A model generated the notes under the pieces. The model worked only from the letters and a program-made list of their open reading frames with translations. It had not been told where the DNA came from and did not search any database. A stretch of DNA of 64,000 nucleotides from Hemiscyllium ocellatum (taxonomy: Eukaryota), in NCBI RefSeq assembly GCF_020745735.1, contig NC_083431.1, positions 15,838,496 through 15,902,495 on the forward strand, read 5' to 3'. Positions 1-13,260 of this stretch are shown here, piece by piece; position 1 is the first letter of the stretch; each line of letters opens with the position of its first letter. The translations under genes were made by a program, and so were the position numbers.

Positions 1-242
1 TTAAAATTGGCAAGAGAAACAGAAATCCTTTATTTTGTGAGAACCCCCAAAGTTTTGCCTTACTTTAATACTATCCCATGGAACAGTGTTTGATAAACTT
101 CTCAATTTGATGTGGACTGATGTCTTTCTATTTTCAGAAAAGTGACACCACTCAGAAACTGATTGGTCAGTGTGTACTGTATCATCATGTTGAGTTTTTA
201 ATTAATTGGAGATTACAGTGGAATTGTCAACAGCCATTTTAT

Positions 243-258
243 AGAGAGAGAGAGAGAG
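243..258. repeat. (AG)8 microsatellite
   Basis: Direct reading. Confidence 0.9.
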
Positions 259-294
259 CTCTTTTGAAAAAGGCATGTCTGCTGCCCTAAACTT

Positions 295-1900
295 GCATTA
301 TCTTGTAAGTTTCTATTAGATCTCCCCTCAACCTTCTAAACTCTTATGAATACAATCCTAGGATCCTCAGCCGATCATCATATGTTAGGCCTACCATTCC
401 AGGGATCATCCATGTGAATCTCCGGTGGACACACTCCAGTGCCAGTATGTCCTTCCTGAGGTATGGGGCCCAAAATTGGACACAGTATTCTAAATGAGGT
501 CTAACTAGAGTTTTATAAAGTCTCAGAAGCACATCACTGCTTTTACATTCCAACTGTCTTGAGATAAATGACAACATTACATTTGCTTTCTTAACCACCA
601 TCTCAACCTGCAAGTCAACCTTGAGAGAATCCTGGCCTAGCGCTCCCAGATCCCCTTGTACTTTGTACTTTGACTCACCGTAATTTTCTCACCATTTAAA
701 ACATAGTCTATGCCTGCATTCTTTTTTCCAAAGTGCAAAATCTCGCATTTGCTCACATTGAATTTCATCAACCATTTACTGGAGCACAGTCCTAAATTGT
801 CTACATCTTTCTGCAGTCTCCCCACCTCCTCAGTACTACCTGCCTGTCTGCCTAACTTTGTATCATTGGCAAACTTCACCACAATGCCCCCAGTTTCTTC
901 ATCCAGATCATTTATATATATATAAATATATATATATATATTCCATCTTTTGTCTTGATCCTTTCTTGAATAAGGGGGTTATAACAGCAATTTTCCAATC
1001 ATCTGGGACTTTCCCTGACTCCAGTGATTTTTGAAAGATCATAGCCAACACCGCCGCTATTTCCTCAGCCACCTCCCTCAGAACTCTAGGATGTAACCCA
1101 CTGGGGCCAGGAGATTTATCAATTTTTAGACCGTTTAGCTTTTCTAGCACTTTCTTTTTGTAATGACTACCATACTCAACTCTGCCCCTGACTCTCCTTA
1201 ATTGTTGGGATATTACTCATGTCTTCCACTGTGAAGACTGACACAAAGTACTTATTAAGTTCTTCAGCTATTTCTTCATCTCCCATCACTAGCCTTACAG
1301 CATCAATTTGGAGCGGCCCAATGTCTACTTTTGTCTCTCGTTTATTTTGATGTATTGAAAGAAAATTTACTATCATTTCTAATATTCCTGGCTAGCTTAC
1401 CTTCATATTTGATCCTCTCCTTCCTTATTTCTCTATTTGTTATTCTCTGTTTTTGTAGTCTTCCCAATCTTCTGATTTCCCATTGCTTGCTCTTGGCCAC
1501 TTTATAGGCTCTCTCTCTTTTTCTTTGATCTTTGAAACATTTCTGGCTTCCTTCGTCAGCCATGGCTCTGTAATTCCACCACCACCACCTCCCCCCCCCT
1601 CCCCCGCTTTGAGATGAACCTCTGTACTGTGTCCTCAATTACACCCAGAAGCTCCTGCAATTGTTGCTCTACTGTCTTCCCCACTCGGCTGTGCTTCCAG
1701 TCAATTTTGGTCAGTTCCTCTCTCATGCCCCTGCAATTACCTTTAGCTAACTGTAACATCATTACATTCAATTTTGCCTGCTCTCTTTACCATCTGAACT
1801 CTACCATATTATGTTCACTACCTCCTAAATATTCCCTTACTTTAAGATCTTTTATAAAATCTGGCTCATTACATAGCACTCTTCCTAGTCACTCTTCCTA
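295..1900 (-). mobile_element. Degenerate CR1 LINE ORF2 (RT and upstream region)
   Basis: Broken minus-strand ORFs: KANVMLSFISR..LVRPHLEYCVQFWAPY (344-613), KFANDTKLG..LQKD (637-882), KSPGPSGLHPRVLRE..PDDWKIAVITPLFKKG (908-1150). Confidence 0.9.
913..940. repeat. (AT)n microsatellite inside CR1
   Basis: Direct reading. Confidence 0.85.
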
Positions 1901-4900
1901 TTTTCTGTCGAATCTCTAACTCTCTGCTTCCTCTTGGAGTTCCATAAATATTGTCTCCCACCTAAATCTCTTGTTGTATTGTCTCCTTTCATTCTCATCA
2001 ATTTATTTTGACTTTCTCTCTCCTGCTTCTCTGTCTCTCTCATTAGAGTGGACTTCCATTCTGTCTGTTTCCTTCATTTCTCCTCACTCTCTCATTGTCC
2101 TCTCTTCTACTCATTTTAACTCCTTACTTGTCCTTTCTCTCCCTTCCACTCACCAGCCTGTCGCAATTGAAATGTGCTTGGCCAATTATTTTCCAACTGT
2201 CACGGAAGTTTGCACCATTTAAAATCCCTTCACTCTCGGAGTAAAGGCAGGGCCAAAATCTGGCAACATCTCCTTCTTTGAAATTCTAAAATGTTTTCCA
2301 AGCATTTCAACACATGTTTTGTATTCTTGCCCTTATTTCAGAACTGAAATGATTATTTTAACACCACATCCACAAGACACAGCTAGATGGTTCTGTCCTA
2401 TGTTGGCCCTCTGTAAGGTGCCTCTGATTGAATTGACTGTAAATCACCTATGATCTTAGAGGCAGCAGATTTAGGAGCCTTCCTGATGCCCAGAGAATGT
2501 CTAATCACGGATTTAATGGAAGTCATCTTGTATGGTTGTTGCACAAATTCAAAATCAAGTCTTCTGTGTTCTTCTGTGTGCTTACCAAAATCTGAACTGA
2601 ATTTGCAAGATATTCCTTGTAACCAACCATAATATCCGTGGGTGTTGGAATTTAAGATTGTACTCCCCACTTCTTGCATCTTGGAAAACTTCTTGTCCTG
2701 GTTTGTGGAATCTGGAGGTGACAGATAGAGGTTAGATTCTGGCTCCCCACACTTCCCTGCACAGTCACTCATCCCCTGCATGGACATTCAAGAGAGGTTC
2801 ACCTCAGACTGAATTTAAATAAATGCATTTCCCTTAAGACATTACAAACATTATAAATATCACGCTGTTGACAAAAGGAATGATAAACAGAGAAATAGAA
2901 AACACAAAAAAACCTATTTAAAAAAGCAGCACTTAACCACTTTATTGCCTCAGGTATTATCACAGCCTATAACCAGATATCAATTCTGTCATCTTGATTT
3001 TCCAAGTTTGACCTTCACCATTGACAAATTGAACAAAATGGCTGACAGGTGTATGGAAAGTATTTATTTGAGGTTGCAAATATTACAGCTCTGGATAAAT
3101 CTGAATATGTCTTTTAAATAAATCATAAAATTCAATTTAATTTGTAATTCTGTTTGTTTAAGGATGGAGAGATAAATCACTTAGTGGGCTTCTAACTGGT
3201 GGATACCTTCCCTATGGTCATGAGTTTGAGACTGCACACACAGTTAGTCTGATGACAATATTCGTTCTATATTGGGGGAATGTGTTCATATTGGTACTGC
3301 AGAGTGGTGAAAATCACACTGGCTTTCTCTCAGTCAGTGAGGTTAGCTCAAGGAGAAAGCTGGTCAGCTAAGCCTTGTCCTCTTCCCTTAGGGCTGAGCT
3401 AAGTTATAAATCAAAGGGAGATGGACTGAACAGACTCTGTAAGGGAGGTCTGACTGCAGAGACTTGGTGAGTTGGCATGTCTGTTATTGTCAAACTCCAG
3501 TGGGCTGTACATCTTTTCCATCCTTTCACCACGGTGCCAAAGATATCAGCAATCTCACTGTCTGAAACATTCTTCCTTGCCCCTTTGTATCTGCTATTAA
3601 AAGACTTCTTGGAGCCACTTCTCCAAGTATTTTCACTAACATTTAGTATTCTTTTGCCTTTATGAAGAACCTCAGGATGTTTACTGCATTGAATGGTGAA
3701 GTGCCATTAACAGAATGATTCTCAGGAGATTGAAGTTGATGGCATCACTTAAAGCCTAATGCCAATGTGTCTATAATGTGATTTTTCTTCTGTTTCACTG
3801 TCACACATATACATAAACACGCCCCAGTAGGTGTCATCTTTGAAATGCAAGAGGTTCCTGGAGCTACACTCCTGCTAACTCCTGTGTATTGATCGAACAC
3901 AGAATGCAAAACACTTGAAATTCAAAACAGTGGGACCAGGACCTACAGTTGAGGACTTTTTGACATGAACTAAGGTGAATGGTTAGGATTATGTGTGTGG
4001 AACTGTTAATGAGATGTGGCAGAGATTTATGAAGCTGCCTGACCTATCCACAGATGTAAATATTGTACAATTAATTTATTGCTACTTTGGCAAAATTCCT
4101 TTCGTTGTGATGTAAAAACTGGAGGATGTCAAATATCCTTGTTTGTATATTTTGCCCATGTTTCTGTGTGACGCTACACAATAATAAATGTATTTTGTGT
4201 CAAAATGATTTCGAGTCTTAATCTAGGTACTTCTTATGATAGGTTCATAGCACGTTTATAAGCTCCGTACGTAGAAGCCAGAGGGAATATGGTTCGACCT
4301 GGAGCTTGAGGAAGTGTACATACTCAGGAAAGAGAAGGTACAGATTTGAATTAATTAGTCAAATAAGCAAAAACTTATGCACTTTTTCAATAAATGCCTG
4401 GAGTCAGGAATGTTACTGCCTGAGAGTGTGGTGGAGGCAGGTTCACTCAACTTATTCACCAGTGAATTGCCTGTGTTTTTTTAAAAAAGGAGCGGTATCC
4501 TGGATTATGAGGAGAACACAAGAGAATGTGATATGCTGACTTCGAGAGCTTATTCTCATTTCAAAAATGTACTTTATTCATAAAAATATCTGCAGAAATA
4601 TTTAGAGTCAATAACACAGTTCAGTTCTGTACAATAAAATATGAAGAAACAAACATTGGAGTTTGACTCTACCCAACAAACAAACCAAAGACATTTTTTA
4701 CTTGTACAAGACTATAGTTACATATACTTGAGGCACCCTTAACTGAATGGATTCCCATTTAACTTTGGCTGAAAGACAATAGCTGGTGGTCTTTCCCCAT
4801 TGCATCTTGGAAGCAGCTTCCTCAAGCTTTAGTGTGTCTCTGATTTGGAGAGCAGGTACAGACACAGTGGCTGAATGGCCTCTTTCCATGCTGCAAAAGT

Positions 4901-5594
4901 TCCATGATAGATCAGAGGACTTTGTTCAAACATGCCTGTACAGAAATAGCAACACCGTCCTGGCATGACAGTTTTGCTACCAAGAAACTGCCATTTACTC
5001 TTAGAAAATGATACCACGGTGTAGATAATGAGGTTGTAATAAACCAGCACATCTACAGTGAAAAGAAACATTATTCCAGGTGTCAAAACAGCTGCTGACT
5101 CACAATCATATATTTTTCACCCAGCGATGAATTCAAAGTGTTGCACATTCAGGAACAGGAATAGCGTGTTCATCATGAAAGGTTTAACCATTATATAGTG
5201 CCTGTCAACATCCCTGGGCATGCCAACACATTTCACAGCCAACTTCATAGTTTTCAGGTGTAGTCAGTACCAGAATGTTGGAAATACAGCAACCAGATTA
5301 CACACAGCAAGATCCCACAATCAGTATTGTCATAATGACCCGTTCATATGCTCTAACAATGTTGTTTTGGTGAGGGAGGTGATGACGCACATGTCGTTCT
5401 GCTATAATGTGAGAGTTATGTTCTTCTGTGACTTTGCACTGTGAGAATCTGTTATTGAAAATTGCACAGTAGAGGATTGCTATAGAAAATCACTATACCC
5501 ATTCAGTAGAAAGTTTGCGCTCTCCAAACTGTCCACAATTTGTCAGTTGCCCTGTAGCCAATTTGTGTTGATGAAAAACACGTTATACCAGAAT

Positions 5595-6060
5595 AATGTG
5601 TAATGGTACTATCACTGGAGCAGGCCATTGCTTTTGTGACATTGGTTCAAATCCCACCCGGGCAAGTAACACAATTTGAATTCAATTAATCAAAGGAAAT
5701 CTGGAATTAAAAGCTATTCTCAGTAACAGTGACCATGAAACTATTGTTCATTGTTGTAAAGACACACCTGGTTCACTGGTGCCCCTTTGGGAAAGAAAAG
5801 TCTACCATTGTTGCTCCAAATGGATTACAACAGTTCAAGAGGGCTACCACCGTCTCTGGGGAAAGTAGGGATGGGCAATAAATGCAGAACTAGCCAGTGA
5901 TGTCTACATGACTGAACAGACATTCTGTAACCCCAGACCCCCAGCAATGTGGTTGATTCCTAACTAACCTCTGAACTGGCCTAATAACCATTCAATTCAA
6001 GCGCAATTTGAGATAGGCAATAAATTCTGGCCTCACCAAACCAAACCCACATCCCATGAC
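5595..6060 (+). mobile_element. tRNA-derived SINE, second family
   Basis: A-box-like gtgtaatggt and B-box ggttcaaatccc; homologous copies near 46830-46990 (-), 52500-52620 (-), 56140-56520 (+). Confidence 0.65.
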
Positions 6061-6512
6061 AAAATCAAAGACAAATATTAATCAGGAAGAGGTCACCTGG
6101 TTGTTTTCAACATGGCCTCCATGTGAAAGATATCAGATTAATGTAAATTAACAATCTGCCTTTAGGTTCTGGGGGTCACTCACAACCTTCTGGAGAGCAA
6201 CAGACTCCAGGTTAAAAACGGACCGTAGAGTTTGTAAATTCTGAATTTACAAACATTTGTAAAAATCAACATTTTTATAAAATCAAACAGGATACAGGGT
6301 CAGAGATGGTCAGCCTGTGAAGAGTAAATTAAGATCAGGTCAGTTCCTCTGCACTGAGCAGCACCCCATGGGGAGACAGTGACTGCTGTTGGAACTATAT
6401 TCAGCTGAGGCTCCAGGGGCCGGAGGGACCCAGGCTCAGGGGTGACATTGCAATGAGGAGGGGGAGCCACAGGGGTGGGGCTTGCAAATGTTGGGGTGGT
6501 GGGGGGGGGCAA

Positions 6513-6528
6513 CAGGAAGTGTGACTCA
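6513..6528 (+). promoter_or_regulatory. Adjacent ETS (CAGGAAGT) and AP-1 (TGACTCA) sites, candidate enhancer
   Basis: Two consensus sites 1 bp apart in GC-rich non-repeat sequence. Confidence 0.35.
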
Positions 6529-7124
6529 GCACTTTTGCAGAAGAGACCATCCTCTCCCCTCGCCAGCTCCAAACGGGCAGGACGTCTTTTCCGACAGGAG
6601 CAATAGCCAGGTTGCACAGTGATGTAGTGATTTACTGAAGTGTCTGAAATGGTAGGGGGCAAATCAGGGCCAGTTTGGTTACCCGTGGTGTCACTACCAC
6701 ATGCTCTGTCAGAGAGTGCGGGGTTTGGTGAAATAAATAACTTCTCTCATTCCTTGCAGTTTCAGGTTCCTGCTACTGGTCCATAACGTTTATGCATATA
6801 CGTTAGCAAAATAAATCAGTCATCAAAGTAATTCTACCATTTCATACCACGCAGCAATTGAAAACACACACAAGAAAAGAAAAGATTATTGGTACAGGAG
6901 GGGTAACTTTTTTTTTCTCTTTTCCCACCTGGTGACAACAATGGGTTTTTCAATTTTCGAATATGATACTAGATTGCCAATTCATTATGTACTAGCCTGT
7001 AGCTATGTAGTTTGCAAGAATTAAGCCAAACATGTACTCTCGAGTTAACACATTAGAAATCAGTTTTATTGATACAGTTCAGTTTGGTAAATAAAATACT
7101 AAAAATATTTTTAAAATGTACAAA

Positions 7125-7450
7125 CATGTCCCACGCTCAATGCCTTTTTCCCAGGGTAGGGGAATCCAAAACTAGCGGGCATAGGTTTAAGGTGAGAGGG
7201 GAAAGATCTAACAGGAAACTGAGGGGCAACTTTTTCACGCAGAGGGTGGTACGTGTATGAAATGAGCTGCCAGAGGAAGTGGTAGAGATGGATACAGTTA
7301 CATTTAAAAGGCATCTAGACAGGTACATGAATGCAAAAAGGTTTCGAGGGTTATGGGCCAAATGCAGACAATGGGATCAGTTCAGTTTAGAATATCTGGT
7401 CACATGTGTGAGTTGGACCAAAGGGTTTGTTTCTGTGCTTTATGATTCTA
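7125..7450 (+). mobile_element. CR1/HER1 LINE 3' fragment
   Basis: Encodes SGHRFKV..LRGNFFTQRVVRV and has the CR1 tail. Confidence 0.85.
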
Positions 7451-7620
7451 GCACACACAAACACACACTCAAACCCCAAACATGCAGAAAAATACAACTT
7501 TGCAGAGTTAACCTTAGTTAACAGTGCAAATTTTAAAATAGGGAAATACATAATGTTTCATGATTATATCCCTTACGTATTAGCTCTGTCTGAAGCAGTT
7601 CCCTTTGCGGCATTAGCTGC

Positions 7621-7751
7621 TTCCTGATGAAGGGCTTTTGCCCGAACGTCGATTTTCCTGCTTCTCGGATGCTGCCTGAACTGCTGTGCTTTTCCAGCAC
7701 CACTCTAATCTAGAATCTAGTTTCCAGCATCTGCAGTCCTTGTTTTTACCT
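7621..7751 (+). mobile_element. Penelope-like terminus (family A) with defective hammerhead
   Basis: CTGATGA-AGGGC-TTTT-GCCC-GAA-CGTC-GATT; one core A deleted. Confidence 0.75.
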
Positions 7752-8749
7752 GCTAGATCCCTTAGCCCTGCCATCACTGTTTCTGGGTTGAAAACTCCCT
7801 TTAAAAGTCTCTGTTTGCAGCAAAGGGGTTTACCGGCTGTTTATCAAACCACAAGGTGCACAGTTATCTTGGGCAGTTTGAGAGAGAGTGAGAGAGATGT
7901 GGGTATAGGGTGGTAAAGCAGTAACCTTTGCTCCCCTGCGTCAATCTCCGCACTCTGCACATTTGAATCCAGCAGTCACAGGCACTAAGGGCTGGATTAT
8001 ATGGATCTCTCTACATGACAGTAATTTAATACAAAAAATACAGAATTTCTCACATGGTTTCTCCTTATCCATCCATGATAGCTGAGGAATTTGATTTTTA
8101 ATATCCAGCTATTTTTTGTATTGCAAACATATACTTTATTCATTAAAAATCTTTATGTACACACACAGTTACTAAAGCAGATCAGTTCTGAACCGTCTTT
8201 GTGTTTGGAGAACAAACAAATATTGGGGTTCGACTTTTTCTCAATAGTTACAACAAAGCCAAACGCATTTCTTAATTATGCAAGGTACAATTTACATGTA
8301 TCTGAGGCATTGGGAGGATCCAATAACTGAACAGACCTCAGCTATTACTCCAGAATGGTCCCAACTCTTGAAGGGTTTGGAAAGAGCTGATCACACCCCT
8401 GGAGTGTCAACATCAAGGTTTCTATCTCATTCAATGTGATCATAGGAGATAAAGGATCAACTCTGAATGGCAGAGCAGACTTGAAGGGGCTGAATGGCCT
8501 GTTCCTGCTCTCTATGTATCTATCAGATTCGCTCCTGACACTCCATGGAGTGGAGTGTGGTTTTATGGTGCATATTAACAGCTGGTTCCAGCCAGTTCCC
8601 TTGTTCAGCAAAATATGCAGTCTTATGCAGTCCCATGTCCTGCCAACCAATGAAATTATAACTTAATATTTAATTTAGCACACTTCATGATGTTGACGGT
8701 GATGTCTCAAGGAAATATTGGACAGGTGGTGCCTGCGTCCATCAGTGTT

Positions 8750-9200
8750 TGGAAGAATGAGAAGTGATTTTATTGAAACAAAGAAGATCCAGAGGGGGTT
8801 TTGACAGGGTCAATGCTGAGAGGATGCTTATCCTTGTAGGAAAGACTTGTAGTTTGGGACACAGTATAAAATTTAGGGGGTCTCCCATTTAGTTTAAGAA
8901 GGGGGAACATTCTTCTCTCAGAAGTCTAGGCTGTGGAATTCTCTGCTCCAATGGGTGAAATAACTTCACAGAGTTCGGTATCTCGGCACCAAGTCAACCT
9001 TTATTTACAGGTGGAGAGTCCTCTTCAGAGTCAGCACCCCAGAGTGTCAGAATCTCTGACATGCCTCTATCTGTCAGCCAGGGCACCCTGATTGGGGCTG
9101 TTAATCTGATCCAAACAGGGAACTCACATTCTATGAAGTCTAGCTGGGTAGTGGAGTTCAGGGTCATTGAATATTTTTAAGTTCGTTGTTAGTTTGATTT
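8750..9200 (+). mobile_element. Degenerate CR1 3' fragment interrupted by an unrelated ~190-bp (possibly LTR-derived) insert at about 8952-9145
   Basis: CR1-like tggaattctctg... resumes at ...gggtcattgaatattttt after the insert. Confidence 0.55.
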
Positions 9201-9209
9201 TGTTCAGAC

Positions 9210-9290
9210 CTAATCAACCTATTTAGACACAGCTCTGTAGCAGGTGGGACTTGCACCAGGCCTCTCATGCCACAAGCACTGTGCCACAAG
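9210..9290 (-). mobile_element. Short tRNA-headed SINE, same family as 30895-31262
   Basis: aatcaacct...gcaggtgggacttg matches the reverse complement of those units. Confidence 0.55.
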
Positions 9291-9361
9291 AGGCCCCACC
9301 CGTGGGCTGCTTTTATTTTTTGCTCTCCTTTTATTTTGTAATCACCCTGTTCACAGATGTT

Positions 9362-9549
9362 ATTACAGTCAAATTATAAGCCCTTCATCAGGAATGAGTT
9401 GACATTTCAGGCAATGGCCTCATTCTGATGAAGGGCTTATGCCTGAAACGTTGACTCACCTGCTCCTCAGATGCTGACTGACCGGTTGTCCTTTTCCAGC
9501 ACCACATTCTTCAACTCTAATCTCCAGCATCTGCAGTCCTCACTTTCTC
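9362..9549 (+). mobile_element. Penelope-like terminus (family A) with short inverted head and hammerhead motif
   Basis: aagcccttcatcaggaatgag inverted before CTGATGA-AGGGC-TTAT-GCCT-GAAA-CGTT (from 9425); possible TSD cacagatgtt at 9352-9361 and 9550-9559. Confidence 0.7.
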
Positions 9550-9563
9550 CACAGATGTTTTTT

Positions 9564-9878
9564 TTAGATTAGATTAGACTTACAGTGTGGAAACAGGCCC
9601 TTCGGCCCAACAAGTCCACACCGACCCGCCGAAGCGCAACCCACCCATACCCCTACATTTACCCCTTACCTAACACTACGGGCAATTTAGCATGGCCAAT
9701 TCACCTTACCTGCACATCTTTGGACTGTGGGAGGAAACTGGAGCACCCAGAGGAAACCCACGCAGACACGGGGAGAATGTGCAAACTCCACACAGTCAGT
9801 CGCCTGAGTCGGGAATTGAACCCGGGTCTCAGGCGCTGTGAGGCAGCAGTGCTAACTACTGTGCCACCGTGCCGCCCA
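9564..9878 (-). mobile_element. HE1-type V-SINE, full length
   Basis: tRNA head gggcggcacggtggcacagtagttagc, V-domain gtgtggagtttgcac..tgggtttcc, CR1-like tail with (TCTAA)n. Confidence 0.9.
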
Positions 9879-9879
9879 T

Positions 9880-9968
9880 ATTGATATTGCTATTGCTATT
9901 GTTGTTATTGGCCTGGTGGGTGGTGCCCAGTTGTCCATCAGGTACCTGTTGTCCACCAAAAGCTCCAT
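9880..9968. repeat. Unclassified dispersed repeat, copy 1
   Basis: Near-identical to about 51105-51192 and homologous to 49953-50000. Confidence 0.8.
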
Positions 9969-10789
9969 TCAAAAGCTGGAGCAGCTGGGACTTCGACCCA
10001 GGTCTCTCAGTGCAGGGGTAAGGACATGACCACTGCACTACAAGACAACAGGGTTCTAAGGTAGCCTGGAGTAGGCAGCAACATGGAGTTAAGGCCATGA
10101 TCAGCCACAATCCTATTGATTAGCAGAGCAGGCTCTCATGGCCCAATAGTCTACTCTGAATTCAGTAGTGCCAATAAATCTCTCTATGCAGCAGCTCATT
10201 ATAAATTGAACAGCATTGTCTGAAAGGGTGGGAAGGCTGATTGAACCATATCTTGCTACAAGGAATTGAATAAATACCCAAGCAGGTAAAATCTACAGGT
10301 CTGTGGGGAATTAATAGTGGGAACATGAAAGCTGGACTGGTTAGATAGTTGTTGTTAACCAGCACAGACATAACTGGAATAACAGTTTCATCATGTGGCT
10401 CTTAGTCAGAGTTGGTCTGACGAAGCATTCATTAAAAATGCTGATCTGTCTTTCTTTAGCAGGATGGGGGAGCTATGCTGTTCTACTCTTTTATGCCAGA
10501 TTGTTTTTTTAAAAAAAACTCAATGAATCATTCACCTTACTACACGGGAGGCCAGGCAGGCTGGTACAATTTATATTCTAATCAGATTTCAACATACAGT
10601 CTCCACATCCTTTGCCATCAATCATTTTCAATGACGTTACCACATGACCTAGTCATGCAATAGAGGCAAAGGCTACAACAAAGACCCAATTCTATTTATT
10701 AGGTGTGAATTTGTAAACATATGTTGTAAGTTTCGAGGATGTTTCACACAACACTCCCTGTTACACATACAAAGCTGTCTGAAGACTAC

Positions 10790-11180
10790 AGGAGCGCCGG
10801 AGACTTGAGGGGTGACCTTATAGAGTTTTTAAAAATCATGAGGGGCATGGATAGGGTAAATAGACCAGATCTTTTCCACAGGGTGGAGGAGGCCAAAATT
10901 GGAGGGCATTGGTTTAAAAGATATAAAAGGGACCTACGGGGCAACTTTTTCACACAGAAGGTGGTGCGTGTATGGAATAAACAGTCAGAGGAAGTGATGG
11001 AGGCTGGTAAAATTGCAATACTTAAAAGACATTTGGATGGGTATATGAATAGGGAGGGTTTAGAGTGATATGGGCCAATTGCTGCAAATGGGACTTAGTT
11101 AGGTTAGGATATCTGGTTGGTGTGGACAAGTTGGACTGAAGGATCCATTTCTGTGCTGTATATGACTCTACGACTCTCTC
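10790..11180 (+). mobile_element. CR1/HER1 LINE 3' fragment
   Basis: ORF 10739-11068: LRGDLIEFLKIMRG..RGNFFTQKVVRVWN; tail tatatgactcta. Confidence 0.9.
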
Positions 11181-11454
11181 AAATTATAGCTACTGTTGAA
11201 AACCAGTCCATTACAGGTAACCCTGGATGGACAATATCCTGGAGATAATGCAATCATACAAATAAAATACATAATGATATTGCTATGAGCTACAAAATCA
11301 TATCAGGGTTCATGTTACAATCAAATGATTAAAGACCTATCCCACTAGTTTCAGATTTGATTTCATTTTGCATTTTCAACATGGTTTATTTTCTCTGCCT
11401 CATCCAATAGCTACAATATGCATTTCTAGAGCTTGTTACATGACTTTTGTACAT

Positions 11455-12210
11455 CTTATAGAGCCATACAGCACAGAAACAGATCCTTCAGTCCAACCAA
11501 AGGGTAGCACAGTGGCGCAGTGGGTGGGTGGCATAGACCCAGGGCCAGAGACCCAGGGTTCAATTCCAGCCTCAGGTGACTGACTGTGTGGAGTTTGCAC
11601 ATTCTCCCAGTGTCTGCATGGGTTTCCTCTGGGTTCTCCCCACAGTCCAAACATGTGCGGGTTAGGTGAATTGGCTATGCTAAATTGCCCGTAGTGTTAG
11701 GTGAAGGGGTAAATATAGGGGAATGGATCTGGGTGGTTGTGCTTTGGTGAGTCCGTGTGGACTTGTTGGGCCGAAGGGCCTGTTTCCACACTGTAAGTAA
11801 TCTAATCTAAACCAGTCAATGCCAAACATATGCGCAAACTCAATTATTCGCTCCTGGCCTATATCCCTCGAAACCTTTCCTGTTCATGTACATATCCAAG
11901 TATCTTTTAAATGTTGTAGCTGTGTCTGCATCCACCACTTCCTCAGAAAGTTAATTCCACACGCGAACCGGCCTGTGTGCAAAACATTTACCCCTCGTGT
12001 CTTTTTAAAATCTCGCTTCTGTCACTTTAAAACAATGCTCTCTAGACCCCCTTCCTCAGGAAAAGGTACCTACCATTAACCCTATCCATACTCCTCATGA
12101 TTTTATAAACTTCTATCAGGTCACTTCTCAACCTCGTATGGTCCAGTGGAAGAAGTGCCAACCTACCCAGCCTCTCTTTATAACTCTAACTTTCTATTCC
12201 TGGCAACATG
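11455..12210 (-). mobile_element. CR1 3' fragment with nested HE1 SINE
   Basis: CR1 tail gtccaacca resumes as accagtcaatgcc after the SINE. Confidence 0.8.
11502..11810 (+). mobile_element. HE1-type V-SINE nested in a CR1 tail
   Basis: V-domain and tail present; short aacca duplication at both junctions. Confidence 0.85.
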
Positions 12211-12684
12211 TGTGTTATAGCCTATGAAGTACTTTTGTAGTTATAGTCATGGTTGAAAGATGGTGGCACAATGTAGCACCGCACTGAAGTGACAACAGCC
12301 ACTTTTTTTTGTGTTCTAGAATGGGACTTGAACCTGAACCTTTGAGGCACCAGTGCTAGACCAACTGAGCCACAGTTGACATGAACAACATACATGTTGA
12401 AAATCGGTGTGGACATTATTGATTCCATCAGTCATCTTATTTTTTTAAAAGATTCAAACTACTGAGAATCAGCATTAACTACAACAAACTCAAAGGGTTA
12501 AATGGCATACCTGTGCCTCCATGTCTTATGGATTGTCATCTGATCCCATAGATCAATGGGTGATACTTCCTCTATTTGACACCCAAGGCATAACTCAACT
12601 TCTACTTTAAAGCTCGCCTCCTAGTGCACTAACTTGGAAATTTTCCTCTTCCCACAAGAGCCCATCCCGTGAACCCTCCGAAAG

Positions 12685-13260
12685 AACACAGAACTTGCAT
12701 TTATGCAGTGCCTTTCACAATACCTCAAAGCATTTTCCAATTATTTACTTGCTTTTGTAGCATGGCTGCCATTATGATTTAGGCAAAAGCAGCAGCCAAT
12801 TTGCACAAAATAACGTCCCATAAACATTACTGAGATGAGAATAAAAAACTCTTTTTTTAAAAATTCTTGTGAATGTTTGAATTATGCCAAGTGAGGGCTA
12901 AATATTGACTAGCACATTCATACAAATAAAATGCCTATTGATATTGTTATTGGTTACAAGATCATATCAGGGTCTGTATTATAATTAGATGATTAAAAAC
13001 CTGTCCCACTAGTTTCACCGAATATGAAAAACTAGTTTCGGATTTGATTGCATTTTCAATATGATTTACTTTCTCTGCCCAACCCAGTGATTTGTTGCCC
13101 AAAGGTTTCAGTAGGAAAGGAGAATGCCTTTGTCCATCTTCAATATTGTCATGGGATCTTTTATATCCACCTGAGATAGCAGCTGGGGTCTGAATTCAAC
13201 AGATGGCACCCCCAGCGGTGTAGCATTCCCTCAGTGCCACATTGGAGCATCACTGAATAA
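12685..13260 (-). mobile_element. Deu-type SINE relic (SacSINE1/AmnSINE1-like), interrupted at about 12850-13100
   Basis: gggatcttttatatccacctgag..gatggcacc..ccctcag and gcagccaatttgcac..cttgcatttat resemble my recollection of Deu-SINE consensus; similar relics near 17590, 30050, 41960, 52190. Confidence 0.55.

Noticed and set aside
2398-2787. 129-aa minus-strand ORF
   Set aside because: No recognisable motif, in-frame stop just before the ATG, no splice partners; a few ORFs this long are expected by chance in six frames of 64 kb.
3404-3706. 101-codon stop-free minus-strand frame
   Set aside because: No homology recognised; length is within chance expectation.
6300-6662. 120-aa Pro-rich ORF
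   Set aside because: Explained by local GC and G-run composition; no known protein match.
9585-9884. Recurrent 'MWKQALRPNK..' and 'MGGTVAQW..' ORFs
   Set aside because: Translations of HE1 SINE copies.
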